A stretch of DNA of 64,000 nt from Albugo candida. Lineage: Eukaryota. Below, in pieces: positions 12,015 to 21,366 of this stretch (positions are counted from its first letter, which is position 1; every line of letters starts with the position of its first letter). The stretch lies in contig JBDOQK010000002.1 of the NCBI GenBank assembly GCA_040437565.1, forward strand, positions 558,001 through 622,000, given 5' to 3'. Below the pieces are notes generated by a model. The model had not been told where the DNA came from. It was given only the letters and a program-made list of their open reading frames with translations, and did no database searches. The position numbers were made by a program, and so were the translations under genes.

Positions 12015-15000
12015 CTATGATGTGGAAATGCTTTTTTGATAAACCTCCCAGCACTCAAAATGCACCTTCCCCGAGCCATCGGATAGCTCGTAGAATCGAC
12101 CATCATACTTGCCTGGCTTCTTTACAATTGAATTAAAGCATTGTACACACTTCGAAGCAATTGTGTCTTGATATGTCTCCCAGCACTCAAAGTGTACCAG
12201 CTGATCGTCCAACGCTGGATTTGTTTTATAAAATCGACCATCGAAACGTCCAGGAATCTTCATCACAGGTTCGTAACATTGCAAACATCGTTTAGCGATA
12301 TTTCTCTGGTAGTCATCCATGCACTCGCCGTGACACTTGTCGCCATTTATTTCAAAATAGCGACCATCGAATCGACCAGAAATAGGCATGATCGCATAAT
12401 TGCAATGAACGCATTTATCAACAGTTCTCAACCGATATGCGTCGATACACTCTGCATGAACAGAAGCTCCATCAGGGAGCGTAAATAGGCGTCCCGAAAA
12501 GCGTCCATCGACGCGCTCGATGCGTTCATGACATTCTACGCAAACAGGTGTGGTCCTGTCTCGATACACTTGCATACACGTATCTTTACAAACACGGTCC
12601 ATGCGTGTCTGTCCATCCTTTGCGTATGTGAACGTCCGAAAGGTCCCTGACAATGGACGATGGCATACACAGCAAATTGGAAGTGAATCAGTGTCGGAAA
12701 TGGGCATGATGGCAGTTGGCTTGGACGAAAATATCACAAGAGTGAATGGTTGAGGTTGACCAACATTTCCTTCATATGTGACAGGACTCACTACAAATGG
12801 CTTCTGTTGGTCATGCCCTGCGCAATCCAGAGACGCAATTTCTGACAACGAGCTACGATTGGATATGAAAGTGCCCATGGAAACAACATCCGGAGACAGA
12901 TCGATTTTCCGTTGCGATTTTTCCCCATTTTTAAACAAAACCGGGGCGATATATAGTGGATATTCTTGCAGCATGTTCACACGACGGGATGGCTGTTCTA
13001 GATGCACAGTAAGAGAACAGTTGGTCGCGGAAGGCACAAAGAGTTGATACTGAGGATTGAGATGCATCCCATCTCTTCCACCAAAAGTAGTTCCATTCCA
13101 TTCTCCATTAATTATGTGAATACTCTGCGTAGCTGGTACCGGATTCCCAGTCCCATGTGACAATGATGCGAAATTGTACAGATTTCGAGACTCGACGATT
13201 TTGCTGAAATATGTGTAGAAAGCACTGAACTCCATCCAATACGTGCCATCTTCGCGAAACTGAAATCCGCAGTCAACTTTTTGCAATCTAGAAAATTTTT
13301 GCCACCGTGAGTCAACATTAGACCAAGACCCCTTCCATTTTTCCGGGTGCTCAAGACTACCAATGCCCCAGCTATTTCTCAATTGAATCAGACGGTATTG
13401 CTGGCCTTCGTATGTCAGTTCTACCACTTTGAGGATGCCATACGCACAAGACTTACGAAGTCCGACTGGTAGTTCGATTACAACTTTCTCGTTGATGCAA
13501 CCGATCAATGATCCTGCATCCAAACTGCATACGATTGCGTCCCAAGCCTTACTTTCCGTTCTACATTGTTCCTGCAATTCGTAGGTTACAGGAATTCCAC
13601 CGTACAGATCTTGTAAACAGTATGCTTCCTGACCTCCTGCAATCATTTCGTAACCACCGTAGAGTTTTGCATAAGCCTTTTCAATAAGCATTGACCAGAT
13701 CTCGAATTTCCCATTGTTACCAGTGAGCGAAGCAAAAACAGGTTTGCCATATTGGCTGCAAGGTATAAAGTCATCAATGATCACTACACGACTTTGATGA
13801 TTTTTCCAAACACGAACAGCATATACCCCCTCTTCATTATATTGTTGCTCTTTGCGATAAGGAGACCCCGGTTCCACATGTTCTTTCTTGATCAAATCAT
13901 CATCCAAATCAGGGAAGACCTGCGCCAATGCTGACGAGGATGTCGATAATATCGAAAGAGCACCAAATATATAAGCATCACCCAATCTTCCTTGACGTAT
14001 TGCACCAGGCTGAATTCCAACGCCGGATACCCGGCCAGTACTGCCATTTTCGAGCGAGCGATCAAATACACATGTGCCTTGTGCCTGGAAATAAATTGGA
14101 ACCAAAACCGAGACTTTGGAATAAGACATTGAATCCTCCGATTCGATACGATACCCTGATCCTTCTCCCACATGCGTGTATTCAAGTGGCTTGTAATGCT
14201 GTAGTAAGCTTTTGTCCCAAAATAGTTGAAATCGCTGCATTCCATCTTGAACGTACTCACTCATGTAAGAGATCATATTTGTGGTGAGAAACAATAAATG
14301 TTCTCGTTTCTTATTAGTGATTCCAGCTGTAACAGTTTTTTTGGCGATGTGCATAAACTCGGCATTAACAGGTCCCGAAGTTCCGTGTTGGCGAATGACA
14401 CTCAATATACTTTCTGCTTCTGCAGGGGTTTTAATCGCCATAGAGCAAACCATTTTTTTATCGTCATCCAACATTGTTATCTCTACGTAACTGCCACAGC
14501 CGAGTGTCAGCAAATGCATCAATTAGAAAATCACATCAAGCAAACGTACGCAATTTCGTGAAAAAACTCACTGACACGCTTCCACTTCCACACATATTCT
14601 TCAAGATGCGGGAGTTGTTTTTGATACGCGTCTCGAAACAAGGATGACTGATCTGGTGGGAATTGTGGATCGGTGAATTTAGTGCGGCCTTTTCTATGCT
14701 GCCGCAAAATCTGAGTCCATGAACCATCATCCGGTAAGCATCGGTCATTATAAAACCGTTCTTCCTCCGTAACTAGACCTTCTCGTTGAATGACAGTTAT
14801 GTTATTCTTGACTCGACTGAGATGATATCCTTCGACGCGTTCTTGAGGTCTACTTTTAGTTTGCACTATCGCCTCTGAAATTTGCTTTCGCACATCAAGT
14901 GAGCTCACATTGCGAGCTCGAACGGCTCGATTGATCATAATGCCCTGACCATTCCCGTTCGACTCAATCTGTTGTAGCGCATTCCCTTCAATGCTAGGTG

Positions 15001-15649
15001 GGGTGACTGAAAGAGTGCTGAGTTGTGAAGTCAAACCTCCTGCAGACATAGTTCGTGTAGTTTGAGGTGGATGATACATATTTGGAGCTGCGTACGCACT
15101 ACTGGGTGTGTTCTTTCCGGAAAAGCTCATTGAGGTGCCAGGCCGATTCTCCGGAAGGTGATTGGGAGCTGCAGTCTGTGAGGTGAATGACGCTGCTGGG
15201 CTATATGTATTGGATCCAAACAAACCCGCGTCTTCCTCCTTTTTTAGTTCCCTGGTATGACTATAGCATGGGTGACCACAATCTCCGCAAAAGACTGCCG
15301 AAGGATCAGACAGCGCTGATCTACATTTAACGCACTCTTTCCCAGCGCTTGAAGGATGTGATGTCGATTGATGAGGCTGCGCCGATAAAGAAGTCAAAGT
15401 ATTGAATGACGGTGTCACTGAAGGATTATTATGCAAACTGGAGTAAGAAGACGATGTGATAGGAAAAGACGTAGCCGACGAAAAAGATGCATACTGCGGT
15501 GTCGAACTTGTAGCTTTTGTGATTGGTTCGGATAAGGAAGTTGGATTCAGTGGGGGGGGATTCTCGCGTAACGCACCACATTCAGCACAAAATTTGGCGT
15601 TAGCTATCTCATCCGCAGCCCAACGATGGCCGCACTCGCCGCAAAACAT
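12015..15649 (-). CDS. Atypical calpain-like protein (about 1191 aa): zinc ribbons + CysPc with substituted catalytic residues + calpain domain III + five CxxC..HxxC repeats
   Basis: ORFs 14531..15649 and 12015..14522 join in frame via GT-AG intron 14491..14549; FTDPQFPP, IRQGRLGDAY, VIIDDFIP, LIEKAYAKLYGGY, LRNSWG, DGTYWMEF, GEW...NPQY. Confidence 0.9.
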
Positions 15650-15783
15650 TTTCAGTGTACAGCTTTTACAAAGTCTCTGGTAGGCTTTCTTTAGAGCACC
15701 GTCCTTTAAATCTCGGTAGTAAAGAGCATACTATTCTTAGTAGTACGGTTACAATTGCAACACAATGAATAGAATCAATTTCG

Positions 15784-17652
15784 ATGAATGTTGCCGACCA
15801 TTGTCGCCTTTATGAACGCGTGCACGCTTACTCAGGTGAAGAAATTGGCGACCAGGATAACGAAAATGAAGATACTGCCTACTCTGACGATTTACAAATT
15901 GCGGCACGAGCAGGTATCAGATTACTAGAAGATAATGCACATTTGACAGAAGAGATCGAAGATATCACAAAACAATATAAACTTTCCATCGAGGAAATAA
16001 AAACGTTGAAGCGATTAGTCGATGAGAAGGAGAACAAGCTACTACAGGTCGCACAACACATCAAAGAGTCGATCATAGAAAATCAGCAATTGCTCACTGA
16101 GAACCGATTATTAAAGGTTCAGATCAGACAACATGAAGATCGAAGACATGCTATTTGTATGATGAAACGAAACAAAAACATTTTACATAAGAAAAGAAAC
16201 GTCACTTACCACCCAACGAAAGCATTGAGAAGAAGGGCTTATTCACTATCAGATATAAAAAAAAACTTGAGTAATATCTCACAAGACTATCCTCAGGCAC
16301 CAGAAGATAGTGGTCATCAGACTGAAGATAGTAACAACGGCTTTGGTAAGAAGAAGAAACTCGCTTACGATAAAATAGAAGCCTTAATGCGCCCTCGCTT
16401 GGAACGTGCTACTTCGGCACGAAATTTCTATGCTAGTCATCAAAGTCTTCCCTCAAGTCCACTGTGGGGACATAGCTTGTCTGCAGAAAAGGTCTGTGAG
16501 GATAACCCGACTGAGTCCGTGGATCGGAGAATACAATTTGGACCTCGTCACAAAATGAAAATTAAACTCGAAGAAGCTAATAGAAAACTAATACAAAAGC
16601 TCCGTACACAACTAGAGGAGAGTGGTGAAAAAGAGCAGGCTTTAAAGGAAGAGCAAGCTGAAAACTACAATCTGATTGAGAGCTTGAGGAATACTTTACA
16701 GATGTATCAGCAACGCGGGACTGCACGAAAATCAATCACTATTCTACCCGAGGAAGCTGAAGAGAGGTTCCCTCATACCATGGATGATGTTGTAAATAAT
16801 TTGTCTCGTTTCACGGATAGCTCAGCGGGCTACCATGTGCCATCCAATCAAACTAATAATTGCAGTGCATCACGTTCGGACACAAACGACAGGATTCATC
16901 AAAAGAGCTGCATAGGGCCACACAGGACGACTATTCTTGAAGTGACATGCGACCAATTCAAGAAGAATACCACTCCGGAAGTGGTTGAGAGCGAGGATTC
17001 GATGGAAAGCATTAGTATGGAAGGTTGTCAGCAAGTACGCCTCTTGAATGAACAAATCGCAACACTTCAGCAAATTCTGGAGCGTTATCGCGTGGAAATT
17101 GATCAGATCAGAAATTCGAAAACATCAACTGAGAAGACAAATAAGGATCTATCGGCTCAATTGGAGGTATTGCAACGTACGATTGCCGCCATCGAGCCTT
17201 GTTTAGGAACAGGAGAATGGGAAGTCGAAGAAGCGAATGATTTTGCATCCACAGCCAGCGATCATACAAATTTCGACGAGTCGTGCGGTGATGAGACTAT
17301 CTTATCCGTTTTGAAATTCTTCATCGACAGTTGGACAACAGAGCAGACGAATCGTATGTATTTGCACGATTGGTTGGTCAGTGCATTGCGTGGCAGAGGA
17401 AAACGTAAACCGCTATTTTTGAATGAACTGACACCGGAAATCGCGAAAGGATTTCAGTATCTATTTGTCCCTATCTTACGTCAGTACTATGGACTTGACT
17501 TGGAGTTGAAAACACGAAAGCGGCATGCTATAGTAACTGATCTCAGACTGCAGACACACTTTTCGATAAGTAGCGTGAGAAATCAAGCTCACTTACAGCG
17601 ACTTCACCGATCGATGTTCCTTTTAGATGACATTGAAGCAAAGTTTATATAA
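15784..17652 (+). CDS. Coiled-coil protein (622 aa) with N-terminal AAxxG motif; probable paralog of the gene at 1..859
   Basis: Single ORF; DLQIAARAGIRLLEDN; several heptad segments; shared S-x4-QMY(K/Q)Q segment; globular-looking C-terminus (FFIDSWT...LHDWL). Confidence 0.8.
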   Translation: MNVADHCRLYERVHAYSGEEIGDQDNENEDTAYSDDLQIAARAGIRLLEDNAHLTEEIEDITKQYKLSIEEIKTLKRLVDEKENKLLQVAQHIKESIIENQQLLTENRLLKVQIRQHEDRRHAICMMKRNKNILHKKRNVTYHPTKALRRRAYSLSDIKKNLSNISQDYPQAPEDSGHQTEDSNNGFGKKKKLAYDKIEALMRPRLERATSARNFYASHQSLPSSPLWGHSLSAEKVCEDNPTESVDRRIQFGPRHKMKIKLEEANRKLIQKLRTQLEESGEKEQALKEEQAENYNLIESLRNTLQMYQQRGTARKSITILPEEAEERFPHTMDDVVNNLSRFTDSSAGYHVPSNQTNNCSASRSDTNDRIHQKSCIGPHRTTILEVTCDQFKKNTTPEVVESEDSMESISMEGCQQVRLLNEQIATLQQILERYRVEIDQIRNSKTSTEKTNKDLSAQLEVLQRTIAAIEPCLGTGEWEVEEANDFASTASDHTNFDESCGDETILSVLKFFIDSWTTEQTNRMYLHDWLVSALRGRGKRKPLFLNELTPEIAKGFQYLFVPILRQYYGLDLELKTRKRHAIVTDLRLQTHFSISSVRNQAHLQRLHRSMFLLDDIEAKFI

Positions 17653-17718
17653 CACATTTGAAAAAGCGGGTTGACTCAACTTCAAAATATCAGCAGGCTA
17701 ATCTCTCACAAAAATTAG

Positions 17719-20298
17719 CTAAAATGTAGTTTGGCTCTTGACCACGCGTGGTGGAGAACTCTGATCAACTACCGGCCGAATGCGTTCTTCAGCACTGTTC
17801 TGCATTTCATATTCAGCGCTTAACATGCCTTCTCGCATCGCAGGTTGATAATAAACATCATGTAAGAAATCAAGATTTGCGTCGGGATACTGTTTGCGTC
17901 GTAAATCGTCAATGTGAATACACTCCATCAATGAAAGGTTGGCTGCAACTTTGGGATACAAATTGCCCATGTAACTGGCGTACAAGAGGATGGCAAAAAT
18001 CAAGATGAACATGAGTATTGGTGGACCGATTGCTTTTTTTACTGATAATAGTCCAAGTAGTGTCAACTGCGAAAGCACCAATGCGACAATCATGAAGCGG
18101 AAAAGATACGGCCAATATGCCCCCATAGCAAAATTCATCGGTTCGTATACGAAGAGCACCTGACGACGATATATAGCATCAGCAGCAAAAAAGAAGAAGC
18201 CAGTGAAGAGGCAAACGAGCGGTGCAATCGTTGCAAAGGTCATACTCACAAGCATTACCAAGAAGCAATCTGCGAGGATGCTTGTGGGATCAAAGGTTTC
18301 AGCCTTTGTGATACGCTGACTTCCAAGCAGCCATTTCCCCTCCCGCTCTCTCTCCGTTAATTTTGGTGCACACAACGCAAAGATACCAGCTAGTATCAGC
18401 GGGCGAGCACGCACCAGTTCGATAATCAAATTCAATCCAGTCAGAATGATCACATACGACATGAAAAATGTCGACTGTTGTGGCATACTTTTTCCCAACA
18501 TTGTAACAAGTCTGGAAGGCTGATCAATCAATTCTTTAACGCTATCCAATATCGTTCCAACCACAATTGTGACGAAAAAGATTTGTATCAACTGAAAATA
18601 AGCCAATTTTGTAAAAAAAGATGCTCGGACTTGCGTTTCTGAAATGTAACCTTCCTTTTTTGACAAAAAGCGAAAAATGGCTGGGGCAAGTGCATTCATT
18701 GCTGCCAATGCTAATGGTCCAATCTGATTGAAAACATCAAGTAAGATGGGATTTTTATCTACCCATTTATTCAAGAATGGAAGTTGCGTACGTAATGCTT
18801 CTGTGGTTGTCAGTGAAGCTACAAACGCGACTGGAATCGTCCAAAACAACACGAGAAGTGCCGTGAAACATGTTGAAATCAGTCTCCACATTGCACGTTT
18901 TTTAAAACCAGCTCCGACATTTTCCCAATTCACATCATCTACGTGTGGAGCAGGCTCTACTAGAATGCGTGTCGGATGTCGAGATTGCAATGCTTGTTGA
19001 CAAATATGAGCAGTTGCTAGGTTGTTGAAAGAGACGAAAGCAGCAGGACGCATCACTTTGACCGGCTCTTTTACCTCCACACCTTCTGAGTGAGCAAGTT
19101 TTGAAAATTGCCACTTTCTCATGTGCTCTTCCTTATTACATTTTGAGACGTTTGTAGGACTTTCGCTCATCTGTACGTAATCAGGGCTGACATCGATCTC
19201 TGTTTCTCTGTCCTGCGTTTGTTTTCCGTCAATCCTTCCTCCATCGATTGTATCCTTGAATGTATTCCTTAAATGCTTTTCTATGCGGTCCGTTGGTGAA
19301 GTACGATAATCAAAAGCTGGTGACAAGCAGCCATGTTCATAATCCTCGACAGCTCGAGCCAGCTTCTGTTGTGCATTATCAATCATCTTGATTTCGCTCG
19401 CGACCAAATTGTTCAAAGTGTTCAGCCTTGACTGATAAAGCGTTATTGCATCTTCTTTTGAGGTATTGATGCATCCGGAAGAAAAACAACCACAGCATCC
19501 TGCTGGGCGGACTTTTGGGCGTTGACCGCTTCGATCGTATTCGGCCAATGCATGTTCTAATCGATTTCTCACAATGACTCGCTCATGCACCATTTTTTCC
19601 AAATTGCCACACTCTACTGCCACGTAGATATTCTTTACTTGATCTGGAAAAATCCGCTCAAGATATTCTCGTAGAGTTTCTTTGGTGCGTAATTCCATCG
19701 GTAGATCATGCATCACAACCGTATATTGAGCTGACATAGAGGCAGATAGAGTCTCATGTCGCCGATCGACATAGAACTTGTACTCCTTCCACAGCAGATA
19801 CATCATATATGAACAAAGTAGGAAAGTACACGCAACGGATGCCCATAGTTTCTTATTGTTGACAGATAAGTTCGTCATTGTGATTTTCACCAGCGGATCA
19901 GATGCGCTTGAGCCATTTTCCGTCGCGTAGAGCGGTAGAAGAATAATTGCGCAAGCCAGGGCAAGTAACGAAAATTTCTGTCCCAGCCGTAAAAATCTGA
20001 AGAATGTCAGAGTGTCTAGACCACAACGATCCATGATTTGATCATCTTTAATCGCTACAACCATCGGAACCCAACCGAGACAAGAATTCGCTTTTGTTTT
20101 TGGCCATTGCTCACTCCGTAGATCGTACGTGGACCGAAAGTACCGACGTGCTATCTCGAAGCACAATAAGCCAACAGCCAATATTCCGTAATATATGGAC
20201 ACACTGGTTATTATTGTGGTGCTCGGGTCAGCGTTGGCTGCATTGGCATCCGCTTGAGTGTCGCTCATTCTCTTTAAGCCCCGATGTCTTACCAGCAA
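17719..20298 (-). CDS. OSCA/TMEM63/CSC1 mechanosensitive calcium-permeable channel
   Basis: GLDTLTFFRFLR, AAFVSF, APHVDDVNWEN, FWTIPVAFV, FFMSY, IAPL, YRRQVLFVY, GAYWP; many TM helices; intronless. Start may be the Met at about 20268. Confidence 0.93.
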   Translation of the reverse strand: MLVRHRGLKRMSDTQADANAANADPSTTIITSVSIYYGILAVGLLCFEIARRYFRSTYDLRSEQWPKTKANSCLGWVPMVVAIKDDQIMDRCGLDTLTFFRFLRLGQKFSLLALACAIILLPLYATENGSSASDPLVKITMTNLSVNNKKLWASVACTFLLCSYMMYLLWKEYKFYVDRRHETLSASMSAQYTVVMHDLPMELRTKETLREYLERIFPDQVKNIYVAVECGNLEKMVHERVIVRNRLEHALAEYDRSGQRPKVRPAGCCGCFSSGCINTSKEDAITLYQSRLNTLNNLVASEIKMIDNAQQKLARAVEDYEHGCLSPAFDYRTSPTDRIEKHLRNTFKDTIDGGRIDGKQTQDRETEIDVSPDYVQMSESPTNVSKCNKEEHMRKWQFSKLAHSEGVEVKEPVKVMRPAAFVSFNNLATAHICQQALQSRHPTRILVEPAPHVDDVNWENVGAGFKKRAMWRLISTCFTALLVLFWTIPVAFVASLTTTEALRTQLPFLNKWVDKNPILLDVFNQIGPLALAAMNALAPAIFRFLSKKEGYISETQVRASFFTKLAYFQLIQIFFVTIVVGTILDSVKELIDQPSRLVTMLGKSMPQQSTFFMSYVIILTGLNLIIELVRARPLILAGIFALCAPKLTEREREGKWLLGSQRITKAETFDPTSILADCFLVMLVSMTFATIAPLVCLFTGFFFFAADAIYRRQVLFVYEPMNFAMGAYWPYLFRFMIVALVLSQLTLLGLLSVKKAIGPPILMFILIFAILLYASYMGNLYPKVAANLSLMECIHIDDLRRKQYPDANLDFLHDVYYQPAMREGMLSAEYEMQNSAEERIRPVVDQSSPPRVVKSQTTF

Positions 20299-21366
20299 TA
20301 CTCAAAAATCTAGAATGGTGGCCGTTTTACACAGTTGTGTGCGACATTTGCAGACAAGGGCCGCAAGTTTGTAACTTGTTGATCGCATGGCTTTGATTTC
20401 GAAGAAAAAAAGGTGGTACGAATATTTTTCGAATCAAAGCGGTTCGGGAAACCCATATTCGAACGAATAATGGCTGCTATCGCCCTTACACGACCATACA
20501 CAAGCCGAGTATTCGTTGAACACATAGTGCGCACACACGAAGCGAGATCATACCGAAGCACTTCTGTCTGAGGATAGTATCGCTCGTCAGTCATCGCTTC
20601 ACCTTGGACTACGGTAGGCGCAGCTACCAACTCGCATCAGACTGCAAACCGTGGCTATTTCAAACCAGCAGGATGCCCCGCATGCAATACCGCGTTCAGC
20701 GACCTATATGTCGATTAAAGAAACCGGAAGCCAAGCAGATCGGCTACGAAACTCCTATTGTCGGGGTGGACAAGAACATGCTTCTGGGGACTAAAAAGTA
20801 AGTTATCAATTAGTCTGCGTAGTCAGGGATGCGCGACACCAAGCCATGTTCCGCACTAACCGAGACACAAGTCGGTAGGAGACTATGGATAAGAAGTACC
20901 GCACCCATTTGCTAGAACATAGATGAGAAAATAGCCGGAAAACGATGAACTTTGAAAGCTCAAGGAGTGACAATCCAGGACGCCTCCAGCAAAGAACGCT
21001 ACGGTGTGCTGTAAATGAGCCACACTTTTAGCAGATATTCCTGCTGTCATAAGACTTTAGAAAGTGCAAGAAGCATGCGGTCAAGTGTAACACTTGTTCG
21101 GAGTTGCGGAGCAGCATGCGAGAGCTGCTCGAACATCTAGAAGGTGCTACCAGGTGGCGAACAGTGCTGCTCACGTTCAGACCAACTCGAACGAGCCAAA
21201 AAGGCTCAATCATTTGTGATACGCCGGTACTGCACAATCATTGTACGCGGGCGTGAAATGAGCCTCAGATTAGATGCACGGAACTTCTATAGCCGAATGG
21301 TGTCAAGTAGAATGTAAACATCAAATATCTGAAGATTAAGAATCAACTGCAAAAAAGCTTCAAAAT

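Noticed and set aside
20310-21237. Short ORFs between the OSCA paralogs as a gene or transposon relic
   Set aside because: No domain motifs, terminal repeats or target-site duplication seen.
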